Source: Tubiluchus corallicola (Eukaryota > Animalia > Priapulida). Taken from it: 64,000 bases of DNA. Shown here in pieces: positions 1 to 13,068 of the stretch. Under the pieces are notes generated by a model, which was not told the DNA's origin, did no database searches, and saw only the letters and a program-made list of their open reading frames with translations. How positions within the stretch are numbered: position 1 is the stretch's first letter; the number at the start of each line of letters is the position of its first letter. The stretch covers positions 1,302,001 through 1,366,000 of the forward strand of contig JAQGDQ010000002.1 of NCBI GenBank assembly GCA_030141605.1, given 5' to 3'. Both the position numbers and the translations under genes were made by a program.

Positions 1-19
1 AATGTCATAATGTCACCAT

Positions 20-135
20 TGTTACTTTTGTCGTTTTTGTTGCTGTTGTTGTTGTTTTGTTATTGTCGATGTCGTCGTTGTTGTTGCTGCTGCTATTATT
101 GTTGCTACTGTTGTTGTTCACTATTATTCTTGTTG
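20..135. repeat. Degenerate (GTT/GTC/GCT)n trinucleotide low-complexity tract
   Basis: Direct reading; explains the poly-N/T ORF 5..220. Confidence 0.8.
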
Positions 136-1012
136 TATGTTTGTTAACTCTGTGTGTTGTGTCAGAATTTTCCACTAAATGGGATCTGATCTGAATCAAT
201 GTTGCCACCTGCACCACCACATCGTAACCATCATTGTCAATGTTTTCGTCATCATTATATCATCATCATTACACCATTGTCACAACGTTCATCATCATCA
301 GCATCTTCTTCATCAAGAAGTGCAGCTCTCGCTCCATAGCGTGGGCCTCGCGGGAAACCAAACTATGCTTATGCAGGACGTTTCTGTCCAGTGATATCAT
401 TAACGATCACTGCCATGTTCTTATCTTAGTTTCATAATTTTTGTAAAAAAACAGAGAAAGTGACCATCTCCCCAAAAAAACAAATTGACCGAGCTTTTTG
501 GAAAATTTGCACGGTGAGTTGGAGATTTTTTGCTGAAAGAATTCTCAAATGTACAGGATGGGATAACCACGGATAAAATTTTAGCTGCCACGCATTATTA
601 ATTAACAGTATAATGTTTTATGAACTTTTTAGTAAACCAGACTTTCCTAGTACTATATTTCCTCCCCAATGAATAAACTTCTTTATTTTCTAGTTGAAGC
701 AATTGTTTTATACTGAGATATAGAAATGCTCTTTTTTTCGTTCAGTACCAAATTTTCCTGGTACCAAAATTACCTGTACCAAACTTACCTACATTCCTCT
801 GAAAGTGATGGAGACACTAGATAACCAAAAAGTCTATTTTTAGCAAAAGTATGATTACGGTTATAAAGCATTTATAAAAAACAAAAAAACAAAATATTTA
901 TACATTTACAAACATAGGACAGTATAAATTAACTTGCTCAGGTAGACACATTTTTGTTTTGTATTCAGTTTGTCATAAATGTTTGCAAAAAAAATTCTAA
1001 AAAACAAAATTG

Positions 1013-1362
<350 letters not shown>

Positions 1363-3130
1363 CGCTATGAATAATGGCGTGATTGTAACAGAGTCACTTG
1401 CTTTTATAATCGATTATGCAGGTTATTTATTTGAAAAAAATTCTCTTGATCCTGTAGGTCAACTAAGCAGAAACTATCGTGAAGCACAGAATGTTCAACT
1501 TTTATTTTTGTTATTAATATTAGGTTTACTCACACAGTGTTCTATCATTTTTCAGACAGAGTTAACAATATGTTAACAAAATTATAATGGTCGATAACAG
1601 AAAGAAGAGAGAATTGCAATTAGAAAATCAGCTAACACGTGTTAAAACGAGTAATTATCACAGTTTCCAGGTGGAAAGCTTTAAAAATGGTATTTAAATT
1701 GCCTGTTTGCCAAATTAAAGCTTTCCGTCTTTCGCGTTTCTTTGAATCAGAACGGGTTATACTATACAACGTTGATGCTTTGAATAACTTTGAACAAGAA
1801 TGACGCGCCAGCTGTTGATCAAAATGAGAACTATAAAAGATGACGGTTTGTGTTTTTTATTGAAGTCAATGTTGAAACAATAAAAATATCAAGTTGTGAG
1901 TGTGAACATGAAGCTACAAGTATGAGGATAAACTTGCAGTAAATGTATGTTTATGCTAATAGTTGACCATTTAATTCTCAAGCGCAAATTAAAAAAATAA
2001 TGCATTAATGTAATGAGCAGCACAACCTATGATCGTTATGATCTTATAATACTTCCATTTAATTGAAAACCTTATTACATTTGCAGTAGACCGCTTTAAC
2101 AAAAACAATGGTAAAAGCTGTATTTATACAGAAAATGCAAAAATATGTAAATACAAAATACAAAATTGCACATTACAATTTACAATCATGTATAACTCAT
2201 TGCTGGCTAATTACATTTAATTTGTATGATAAAGTAGTACAGAATCGGTAATTATGTTTAAAAAGCCTTCTTCAAATTTGCAGAATTCTGGGTTCTGGTT
2301 ATCAGTTTCCGCCTGTGTACTTCGTTTCAAACATTTTTCAGATATTTTTTCCGATTGGCGTTTCCTACAGTTCCAGCAAAAGCACCCAGTCATACGCAAG
2401 CATGTTTCTAATTGCAGTCAGTTTTTTCACCGTTATCACGATCACACGTTGAATGTTCATCCATAATTTTCCCCGTTTCTGTAGAATAATCTGAAGACAA
2501 AGAGATAAGAGCTCGAAACTATAACAAACGTTTATATACACATTACACAGCAACAATTGGATGCAGTGATCATTTGATAAATTCTTATTACTTCATATAA
2601 ATTTTGGTTATTGCACTGAAGACATCACCGTCACCTATCATAGCAGTACATGAAAGGATTGTTATTTTTTTAAAGGCTGATTGCCAGTTAGGCATCTACT
2701 TCTTGATTTACTAATATTCTGCAAGCTTTATAGATTTAATTATTTATATGTTGCTATCTTTGTCGTTGTTACTGTTGGTTTTGCCGTTGCTGCTGTCTTG
2801 TTTGCATTGTGACTATATTGTGGTCACTGCAGTATGCAGTTGTTTACAGCTGATGCGCGTTTCTCCGCCGCACTACTTACAAGAGAACAAGGGTTAGCAA
2901 ATTCTCGAGTAACGCGAGATGACCTATAAACTTTTTGAAACTTTTTGAGTTAAATGCATTATCGAAACCACTTAAGGGCGTTGCTTTAGTTACTTTTCTT
3001 GACTTTTCACTATCCATGGGTTGTTACGTATTAGAAAGGTAACATAAGATTACATTAGAGTAGAAATATTTGATGACGAAAGGTGCAAAATCATTTGAAA
3101 TAACTATCTTTAGCATAAATATACACTTAC

Positions 3131-3425
3131 CTTGCTCAGCCTGCTCCTGTGCTCTTCTTTCTAGTTTTTCTCTGATTTCTTGTAATTTTTGGCCTCCTTT
3201 AGCCAATACACTTGACAGACGCTCCTGTTCAGTAGACAAGATATTGCTAAACTGCTTAAACGACTCCAGAGACGTCGCCAGCATCTTCACCTTTTCATTC
3301 AAACTTTCAATGGTGGCTTCCAGGTCGACGGTACTGTTTTGAATTGGTAAATTGTTTGTGTCAGGCCTGCCGAGTGCGAGTGTAGTTGATAGTACTAGTA
3401 GATGCACAATTAAGTACGCCGCCAT
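3131..3425 (-). CDS. First coding exon of a secreted protein: signal peptide + short coiled coil (gene C); downstream exons unresolved
   Basis: ATCATGG start; MAAYLIVHLLVLSTTLALG signal-like N-terminus; heptads LEATIESLNEKVKMLATSLESF...QKLQEIREKLERR; ends at a CAAG|gtaagt donor (phase 1). Candidate next acceptors lie near 2923, 2490 and 2408. Confidence 0.7.
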
Positions 3426-3982
3426 GATTAGTAATGGCAGAGATATTTCTGCAGTTATGTGATAACTGGTGCACCTTTATGACCCGGCCGCTCATGAATA
3501 AAATGCTTCCGCGTTTTAGAGTGACAGTTGGACATTTTCTATTTTTCTCATTGATATTTTATTTCAGTACAATGAACATTTCAAGTACACCTAGGAATAA
3601 ATTTAGTTTGGTATACGTCCAAGATAATTTTGCATGTAAATTTCTTATACAATAACTTTCGCGGTAGACCGGAACTCTTGATACAAAGGAATTTTGGTAC
3701 AAGCACTAAACTTACTGTTGCCAAGATACGATGGTGTATTATAACGAAGAAATATCGATAAGAATTAAAGTTTAGTGCATAGGGTTATCACACACATACA
3801 ACAAGAGCTGGACCTACGAAACCATATCTGAACACCTGATCGTACGCAACGCACGCGCGCTCGTACACGCGCTATGACACACATGCACGCATGCATTCAC
3901 GCACACAGACATGTGACAGATGCGTGCTTAGGTTGTCACACAGAATAACAAGCGAGAATAAAAAAGAAACAAAAAAAGAGAT

Positions 3983-4030
3983 GTTATTACTATTATTATT
4001 ATTAATATTATTATTATTATTATTATCATT

Positions 4031-4065
<35 letters not shown>

Positions 4066-4067
4066 TA
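3983..4067. repeat. (TTA)n(TCA)n compound microsatellite
   Basis: Direct reading. Confidence 0.9.
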
Positions 4068-4254
4068 TAACTCTCTATTAGGCCTGTACTTCTTTTTGCA
4101 GGTGTACAGACGTTTACAATTTAAGAATACACGTACAGAACAACATTTACAAATATGTGCTGCATTTACTATAAGGTGCAAACAAATGATAAACGATGTA
4201 CGCAATACAATGTTCATACATTCAGAGGGAGAGGGAGAGGGGGAGAGAGAGTGA

Positions 4255-5185
4255 AAGATTTGATTTGATTGATTTAAGTCTTCATTGCAAACTCTAGGTT
4301 CATACATATAAAATTACATACAACAGTTATAAATATTTACAATTATAATGACTCAGTTTGTGGCACACAAAGTAAATGAATGAACAAACTATAAAAAATT
4401 ACATCGGCAAGGCATTACCGAAAACAGTAAAGAAGTTCTATCCATGTCTTTCTAATGGAAGAAGTAAAGAAAGCATCACGTTCACTTAAATGCTCACAAA
4501 TATCATTCTCACTAATAGCAACTCTATTGCAAAGACTAAGTACACACTTTCTATTGATAACATCGAAGTATTTAATATTGAGATTTGTAGTAATATTAGC
4601 ACCAGCGTCATAAGGATATTTAAAATAATTCTAATAGAGGTGTTATAGGCAACTTTTAATTCCGCAGATTGTGTAAACTGTAATGGCGCAATGTAGCCAT
4701 ACAATAAAAACTACTGCAGTAGAAATTAAAAAGATACTTCTCGACAGCAAGTGAGCAGTTGCCAAAACGTCTGATTAATTGGTTGGCCCTAGAATAATAA
4801 ATTGTTCTTTGTTTAATAATGTCAAGATCATGTGCATTATTATCAGAAATTATATTCCCTAAGTATTTCTTCTGTTTGGAGGGCTTCATCAAAGTACCTT
4901 CAATGCTAACGGAGCCATTCGCCACATTTTTAAAAACAGATGACTTTACCGAGACCAATTTGGTCTTCTCGACATTAATAATAATGTCATGTTGTTTACA
5001 TTACTCCACATATATATCAGTAAGTTTTTGCAGTGCAGCTGTGGTTGTGGCTAATAAGCAGACATCGTCTGCGTACATCAGATGATTCGTAAATAGACGA
5101 GCAATGTGACAACCATACTGTGAAGAGCTAAGCCTCTGACTTGGTCAAGAGAATACAAGTTAAATAACATAGGAGACATAAATTC
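4255..5185 (-). mobile_element. 5'-truncated, decayed non-LTR retrotransposon (CR1/L2 group): reverse-transcriptase C-terminus and 3' end
   Basis: Minus strand reads MSPMLFNLY...NHLMYADDVCLL (YADD at 5075-5064), then KYLGNIISD...RANQLIRRFGNCS...LKVAYN with stops and frameshifts; ends in an (AATC)n-like tail near 4260. Confidence 0.9.
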
Positions 5186-5463
5186 TTGTCCGAGAATTTG
5201 TGTTCCAATGTTGTTCCTTCTTCTTTGGTGGCGTAGTTCTCACTAATTGATCATTCAGGAGACCAGTTCTAGCACGAAACATGCTTTGACCCAGACGGTA
5301 TTCATGGCTTTTTGGTGGAGCAGTAATTTTTGTCGAATCTCGATCTTAACCTGTTACCAGTTTCTTCTACCCTCTTTTTTGGCTTCAAAATGCTGAAATT
5401 CTGGGGTAGACTCGTTTCTCAGGAAAGCTATTTCCCAGAAAACTTTTTTGCTTTGTTTCCCTG

Positions 5464-5812
5464 AAAAAAAATTCCAGAAAACATATTTCCCAGAATTGTT
5501 TCCTGGAAATGTTTTCCCAGAACAGTCATTTCATGGAATATAAAATTCACAGAAAATGTAATAAATCCTTTTGGATAATGCGCAAAAAAGTAGTTTATTT
5601 TAACTACGTGTATTGATTGATAGAATCATATAATCAAAAAAATTCCAGAAAACATATTTCCCAGAATTGCCATTTCCTAGAAATGTTTTCCCAGAACAGT
5701 CATTTCATGGAAAATAAAATTCGCAGAAAATGTAATAAATCCTTTTGGATAATGCGCAAAAAAGTAGTTTATTTTAACTACGTGTATTGATTGATAGAAT
5801 CATATAATCAAA
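5464..5812. repeat. Tandem direct duplication of a ~172-175 bp unit with internal TTTCCCAGAA subrepeats
   Basis: 5464-5639 is nearly identical to 5636-5812 by eye. Confidence 0.9.
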
Positions 5813-6299
5813 TAAATTAGTCATTTATTAAAATGCAATAAATGTTGTTCGAGGGTTGGTTCTTCCTTTAAAGCAATAAAGTAGATTTGTAACGTCAGAA
5901 CGATTAGGTAGCTAAATACATCAAAACATACTGAAACAGTGGATTTGGTTCACGAGATCATTTATTGACAGATAACTCAGTATTTTGGCCACTTAACAGT
6001 AGCCATTCTCGAGAGTTTCTCAAGAGTGCATACACTAGTACCTAAATTATACTAAGTGACCACACATGTTTGCATAGGCGTACGAGGCAAAAAGACATCG
6101 CTAGACAAAAGTTGAATTATTTCCAGGCAAATAAGTCTGTTAAAAAATATTCAAACTTCAAAAATCGCTTGCGTGCGGCACCACCTTTTTACTGGCTGCT
6201 TCGAAAGCTTTTCTGGTACTGCAATTTGTTTTTTCTTTAGTTTTTCAGTTAATAATAGTACCAATAATGGGATTCACAGGTTCACCACAAATTATAAGG

Positions 6300-7192
6300 A
6301 GAAAAACTGATATACTTGGAATAGAATGAAATTTGATGAAAAGCGATTAACCAAAAAACTTTTCGTCTTGGATTGGAATTTGTGCGTTAGCGAAAATATC
6401 AAAATTTGGTCCTATGATGTAAATCAAAAGTTCTCTGACTGTAGTTTACAATTAGTTATCGGTGTTACAAATTCAGCGAATATCTTACAGTGTAAAGAAA
6501 AGCTTTTCGATTTGCTTAAAGCTGAATGGAATCGCCAGGTTAATATTGAATCAAAACTGAGAATGTTTAAACTTTTTAAGCAAGGTTGTGTTATACGGAA
6601 GACCATTTGATTATACCGTTAAGTAGATATTAAATAATAGGCTGGTAGATCATAAAGATCACTTTTATCTCAGTTTAGATGTGTTTTGCCTTGAAAAATT
6701 GACACTGGTCGATTCCACGAGCCTGCTTTGCAGGAACGAATGTGTAATTCAGGTGAAATAGAAAACGAGATACTCTTCCTTTATGACTATCCGTTTTACA
6801 ATACACAAAGAAGGGATTTACTTTAAAAATGTTGTCACACCAAACAAAATTCATGCAACTGGTGAATACTGAAACACTTGCTTTCATTATGTATGCTGAT
6901 GCTTTAACTAGAAGCGTTGCTCGTTTTATACAAAACTCTTACTTGAAAAGGCAAAAAGAAATCTATAAGCAATGACTGTGTAATCTTTTACACAATTGCA
7001 AAGTAATCTTCTGCCATTGTGCACGTCACGGCACGTATTTGGCCTTAATACGCAGTGACCGGTAAGCCTAAATGGCTGGGTTTACGTCCAAATTTTTGTC
7101 GTACATAGAACGGTGAAAATGATTGCAAAATGTAATGTATGTCATTGGATGTAAACATGTCATTTTAATAAATATTTTCTCACTCACTCACT
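6300..7192 (+). mobile_element. Decayed LINE ORF2 3' end with polyA signal and (CTCA)n tail
   Basis: WNRMKFDEKRLTKKLF...KLRMFKLFK...LSQFR...IDTGRF...ERMC..GEIENE, a degenerate C-terminal zinc-knuckle region of LINE ORF2; AATAAA near 7167 followed by (CTCA)n. Confidence 0.75.
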
Positions 7193-7846
7193 TAGTACCT
7201 GCTATCAAACTTGGTTCACTAGTTTGTTGGAACTGCTAGGTTCTTTTAAACTGTTCATCAATGTGCAGATGAGGGTACAGATGTGTTTGCAAAGAAAAGA
7301 ATAAGCCATCACTATTATTACAATATTTTTTGAAATTCTGAAACATTTGATAAAATGGGCCTAAAACTATCTGCATACTTGCGCAGTAAACACACAGATC
7401 ATCAACTTGTTAGTATCACGAGTTTGTAATGAAACCTACTAATATAATTTCCCTGTATTACATACAAGTATAAGTATAAACATTTTGTCTTTCAGACATT
7501 TTCGTTATTCTATGTCCTATTAATTATAATTGTGGACTGTTGTTACGCTTATTTGGAAATCACTCAAATCAGGATGGGCAACTTATAAGATTTTCAGGGC
7601 AAATTCTTGCGGCACCCCCTTGTGAAATTTCTTCCTGCACGCCTATGTATGTTTGTGTCACATTATAAAAAGAGACCTTAATATAGTGTACAGTATTACT
7701 TCAGGTGCACTTTTATACAGCATTCGTCGCGAAAGAATTCGCGTTTTACTGTAAAAGTTTTGCTTCGGTACAACAAGTTTCCGCTTTGGCGGTTTGAGTT
7801 TTCACCGCTTTTTGCGAATTTATTGTATAATCGCGTTAATACTAGC

Positions 7847-7976
7847 GCAAGTTTTCTCTCGCAAGTTTTCTCTCTCATAGCAAACTCGCAAATGCGAACT
7901 ACTGTCGGCAAGAACTTGCAAACTCTTTTACACTAACTGAACACGCTTGCGAATTACTTGGCAAGTTAACTTGGAT
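7847..7976 (-). repeat. Dispersed repeat copy, inverted homologue of 9057-9183
   Basis: Reverse complement aligns with 9057-9183 (CAAGTTAACT..CGCAAGCG.GTTCA.TTAG..AGAGTTTGCAA.TTCTTGC..ACAGTA..GAGAAAACTTGCGA). Confidence 0.75.
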
Positions 7977-8784
7977 TAACCTGAAATTACACTGTTTTTT
8001 TTTTGTTAATACAATCAAAGTGAAGAACAGGCTTGCCTTTTGTATAGAGTGTGAAAGAAATACAAGACGCTCAGTACTTCTTAGTATTTAATTAAATATA
8101 ATTTATTCAAACTGTTAAATACAGTGACAGTGGACGTATTATGAATTTAATTAACATACAAATCACCACATTACTGCACAATGAGTAATGTTAAGGATAT
8201 TAAGGAGTTATGTTATGAATTGCATTAATAATTTCTAAGAGAAAAAAGCATGTGATGCTTATGTGCGCCACCTAGTTACGAACCTACTATAATAATTACA
8301 ACATTGTGACTCTGCGTAGACATTAGTTAAAATTACATGCTAATAATAATAGTATCATTGACAAAATTAGATAAGTAAAAAAGCATTATTTACATAATAG
8401 GCCCTACATACATGTCAAATGGCTTCTTTTAACAAAATGATTTTGAAAATGAAGACAAAGTTTAGTTTTTAATACATTTAAATTTTAAATAAAAGACACT
8501 TTGATCAAATAAGCTACAACATTGACAAGATGTTACCACCAGAAAAATTCAGTGTAATGCATGCGCCGCCATACATCTTTGTGCCTAGCTCACTGTCATT
8601 GGACTTGATTATCTTGATCAGCCAGCAGTTTTGTTTTGTGTTATAGGCAATAAGCATGCAAGTATTGTAAAGCCATAATGCTAGACTTTGCCTATTATAA
8701 TGATTATTGTTAAATATGCAGTTTACAGAGTCTGATGTCTTCTACCGCTGCAGTCGGTACCTTGGTTTGGGATGCAGACTTCGT

Positions 8785-10995
8785 TTAAGCCAGTATACCT
8801 CGTGCGGCACTGAATCCTCTACTATGGGAGGCCGGATATGGACGACCTGCAAAAATGTAAAAGTAAAATAAATTAGTAAAATAAATAAAATAAACAAGTA
8901 AAATAAAAATGCAATGAGCCATGGTCTCAATTATGAAAGCGAAAGTATTTTTAAGAAACACATTCTAAGTACTACAAAATTAGAACCATTATGGCAATTT
9001 CGATATATTTCGTTGTTGCATACTCTTGTGGCGCGTTCAGACTGTGGAGTTTTCTCGTCAAGTTAACTCGCGAATTAACTCGCAAGCGCGTTCAATTAGC
9101 ATCAGAGAGTTTGCAAATTCTTGCAAACAGTAACTTGCAAAGTAGTTTGCATCTGTGAATTCTTCTACAGAGAAAACTTGCGACGAAAAACCAATTGGTC
9201 TGAACGCCGTTAGGCATCCATCCATAGATGGGCAGCTGCGCTTGCTTCCAAAGATGTACGAAATACTCATTGAATGATTGAAGAGTTGGTCGCTAAAAGT
9301 TTTACCTAACGTTATCACTTACTGCACTCGCCAGTTGTTAATTAGGCTTATAAACTTAATTTTATTATATTTTTATCTATGAATTCTACGAAGTAATCTG
9401 AAATAAAGTTTTATTATTATTATTATTGTTTATTATTATTAGTTATAGTTAGTATATTAGTTAAATTGCTACTTCCTATACCAAGGCGCAAAAACTTTTT
9501 GTGGCATGTGCATAGAGTTTCCTAGTATCTGCACTGATTCTTATGCATACGACACTGCACACAAAATAAATTGTCAGCAGCCTATATTTAACTGACAAGT
9601 TGTTTTTTAATAAAAAAGTTTTTTGGTCGTGAAGGAAGGAATTTTGTCTTATCCTTGTCTAGTCAGAATGTTTATTGCGGGCATCAGTATGCCACAGGAT
9701 AGAGAAACATTGCAGCTTCTTTTGTTTGGAAATATCAAAATATGAGATATGAAACAGGCAGTTATGTCAAGAAAACCAAGCAGGCTTGTGCAGTAATTTC
9801 AGTTACGTTTATGTTATATAAGGTGAATTGAAAACAGATATTGGGTTACAGTACGGCAGGGTTGGTGGCGGCAGTGATAATGGCAACGACGATGACACCT
9901 TCAGCCCCGATGATGACAACGACACCAAAAATAACATTACCGGTCAATGTTTCAAGTCACAGTATACTTACAGTAGGATCTGTACTTGGCGTAAGATGAC
10001 TCTATTAAACTTTGTGTATGAGAAAATCCGCTATTGACATCTACGGTTAATTTGACAACTTTTTCGTCCAAATCGTCTACATCCTCTGCTAATTCCATCA
10101 CCGAGCTCAACGCATTTATGATGTTATTCAGCTTTTTGTCTTGTTCAGTAAGTTTGTCATGAAGCTTCAGAATGTCTGCAATGGTAGAATCGGCTGTCGC
10201 TTCCAGTGTGGCTACTGACGTGACCAAACCATTAGTCAAGGCTAGGTCGGTGGACACATCACTATGTATTTGCAGAATCACCGGTTCCAGCGACGACACC
10301 TTGGAAAACACGTCGTTTATCTTTGACAGCGAGGCCAACGTGTTGGTGGAAATGGTTTGCGTGAGTGCCATAAGTCCTGTCAGAGTACTGGCTAACGCAC
10401 CCACTTCAGATAACAGCGTGTCCAGTTTCTTATGCGTTATCTCCACCTTGGTACTTATTTCTGCGACATCTGTCAAGACAATGGCGACGTCGGCATCAAT
10501 GCTATTGACAGTATCACCAACAACTCTTAATTCTGCAGTTATGTCTGCAATACCCTGAGCCATATCATCAATTTTCTTGTGAAGCTTATCCAGATCCACA
10601 AGAATAAGGTCTAGCTTTCCCAAACTGTCTATCACATACTTGTCTAGTGCTGCCAGGTCACTCAGCAGAGCTTCCACATTCGTGTCTATTTTACCGATCT
10701 TCAAATCAAATTCATTGATTTGAGGTACTAACTCTTCCACAGTATTCTCCAAAATAGACACCGAATCTTTGATTAGAGCCACGTGTGAATTTATGTCATC
10801 AATTGTTGAGCTTAATTCCTTGACAATTCCATGAATGCTGTCAACAGATGCCAACAGCGAGGCCAAGATGGCCGCATCATAATTGCTGTGAGAACCAGAA
10901 TTAAAACCGGAACTTGTACCAGCACTATCGCTTTTTTTCATTTTCAGCGTTGCAATGAGCAACAACTGCACAAGACAGAAGATTGCTAACTTCAT
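8785..10995 (-). CDS. Secreted long coiled-coil protein A, 2 exons (10995-9972, 8846-8785), ~361 aa
   Basis: Signal peptide MKLAIFCLVQLLLIATL; at least 36 uninterrupted heptads. Donor TACT|gtaagt at 9971 and acceptor tttttgcag|GT at 8847 are both phase 1, giving ...KYRSYCRPYPASHSRGFSAARGILA*. Minus-strand AATAAA at 8107-8102. Confidence 0.88.
9057..9183 (+). repeat. Dispersed repeat copy, inverted homologue of 7847-7976
   Basis: Alignment by eye as for 7847-7976. Confidence 0.75.
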
Positions 10996-11074
10996 TGTAA
11001 TTAAATTCTCGGTAAAAAAACCAAAGAAGCCGAAGCGAGTTTCTCTGAACAAGCAATCGCAATGCGCATTTTCC

Positions 11075-11169
11075 TACCCGTAGACATTAATCTTATCAAT
11101 GGCCACCTTTTGCCTTAACGCTTTTCTTCCGTATTAGTGAATTATTCATAACGTGTCCCTTTGTGCCAC
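11075..11169 (-). promoter_or_regulatory. Upstream motif module of gene A, shared with gene B
   Basis: Plus-strand TACCCG (11075), ACCTTTTG (11105), TGAATTATTCATA-ACGTG (11138-11155), TTTGTGCCAC (11160); the same order and similar spacing occur upstream of gene B. Confidence 0.6.
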
Positions 11170-11812
11170 ACAGTATTAAAACTTTAGATTTCTTCATTTT
11201 GAACTGACCAAAAGCAACAATAGTTATAAATTAATTTGCCGCAGTAGCTGCTTAAATAGGACTAACGTGTCATTTCAACAAAAGGGCTATCACAACGAAA
11301 ATCTTATAAAAATTTTGTAATAAACATTGATAATACAGTCACGGAATTTTAATCAAAACTTATAAGTTTTGTAATTATAAAAGCACGTCAATGTAGGCAA
11401 ATGGCATAAATAATTATTCTTTTGTTAGTGTTGGGTCAGTGTTTAGTGTGACAAGCGCCCTAGTATGGAGACACGTAGACCTACTTCACCTAAAAGGAGC
11501 AATTAATTAAAATTTCAAATGACCTCCTTGCGGCTTTGCTTCATTCTTTAGGCCTTATACGGCTTTGGAATACTGTATTTAAAAACTCTCAGCTGTTTTA
11601 ATGTTTTTTCCAGATAATAATTTTAACATGACTGGACTAGCTTTTTGTACAAGTTGCCGAGATGAGCTATTTAGCCGACTGGTCACGGCGCATGTTTTGA
11701 CACCGAAGTTAAGTTAGTCAGTGACTGGTTCGTGACTTCCTGTATAGGTACAACATGAGCTCTTGAGTTTTCTTTGCCTTGCTGATTCTGACGGTTGACC
11801 TCGTTGAGGTAT

Positions 11813-11872
11813 CCTTGATACTGAACCAACTTCCGGTTTCCCCCTTGATACTGAGCCAGATTCCGGTTTCGC
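11813..11872. repeat. 30-bp tandem repeat, two copies
   Basis: CCTTGATACTGAACCAACTTCCGGTTTCCC / CCTTGATACTGAGCCAGATTCCGGTTTCGC. Confidence 0.85.
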
Positions 11873-12679
11873 CATCAACATCAACAATAAGTAGATCCAG
11901 TCGTTGAGCGCTGGTTAAGTATTTTCTGGCTTGTAGTGTGCCAAAGAGTGTTGAAAATGTTATCATAAAAGGTTAGCATTAAATAAAAACTCTTCCAAAC
12001 TGCGCCACACGATATATGCGTAAATTTAACAGGCAAAGTGTGAAACTGGGTGTTCTGCAGAAGGTGTCTAGTCATTTTATAAAGTGCTAAAACAAACCCG
12101 GTAAAGTGTCTAAAATAGTTCCTTCTACTCTTTTCTTAGGCACTATATATAATGCAAAAGTTTGTCTACGCAAAGTATGTAATTGTTAGATTTTGAATAT
12201 ACTCTTCCTATGCATTTGATAGAATGCTCATTAAATCGCAGTTAATCTAAAAATAAAACAAACATTCAGTTGTTTTGACATAAATTTCCTAGGCATTTTA
12301 TACAGCACAAATTTTATTTTAGGGAATGTGCGAATTTGAATTACGCATTTTACATAAATCCTAGTTGTACAAAATGTCTAGGAAAAGTGTTTTAGAGTCG
12401 CAGCAAAAACACTTATTTCACGCTTTTCCCGAAATGCACAAGCATTATATAAATTACCTAAGAATTTTGTAAACTGTCTAAATTTTACGCATAGCCTGTA
12501 ACATATATATGCTGTACTGTTTTCTAGGTCATTGAGTAGGTTCGAGTATCCTTGATCTGGTACTGAAACAGGCAAAACAAATGCTTTTTCTCTGTGCATA
12601 TTAGCATGTCAAGTTTCAGACGCTGTTTGTTAATAGAAACTGCGCAGTCGATGTTTCAATTATATTTTGTACGCTTGTG

Positions 12680-12686
12680 TATAAAG
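12680..12686 (+). promoter_or_regulatory. Candidate TATA box for gene D
   Basis: TATAAAG 50 bp upstream of ATG 12730. Confidence 0.4.
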
Positions 12687-12729
12687 TTAGCCCAGAAAGG
12701 GTTGAGTTAGGCAAATTCACATTTTTAAG

Positions 12730-13068
12730 ATGTCACGCATTCTAGCAGTGTACCTGGTGAGCTTATTTCCGTTGACATTGAATCGCTGTATCGGTCCTAA
12801 TCCTGAATCGTGTAGTGAGCAGAATTTGGACGAACAATTGGAACGGTTGTCGAAAATTGTGAATCAGCTAGAAAAGTTTACAGAAATGCCCCGTATCGAT
12901 CTTGATGAACAGCCAGGCATCTCTAAGAACTGCGATTTAAACACGGGTTTTTCACTGGTGAGTATAGCATGTACATATAGAAACCATGAATTGCTATATA
13001 CATATAATTTCCTACATATTTCCAAGTAGCTGTCCAGAATTAAACGGAAGAAAGAGAGTAATGGGAAG
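12730..13068 (+). CDS. Small secreted protein with a short coiled coil (gene D); exons 12730-12957 and 13030-13068, last exon uncertain
   Basis: MSRILAVYLVSLFPLTL signal-like; LDEQLERLSKIVNQLEKF heptads; CTG|gtgagt donor; 39-nt phase 0-0 exon LSRIKRKKESNGK|gtgagc; possible last acceptors at 13223 or 13352. Confidence 0.5.

Noticed and set aside
1832-1925. TATAAAAG followed by ATGAAGCTACAA|gtatga (MKLQ), a possible first exon
   Set aside because: The nearest good acceptor (2085) gives an immediate TAG and no continuing exon was found.
10996-11052. 19-aa N-terminal extension of gene A in the ORF track
   Set aside because: Starts at a non-ATG codon; ATG 10995 begins the signal peptide and matches the MKL start of B.
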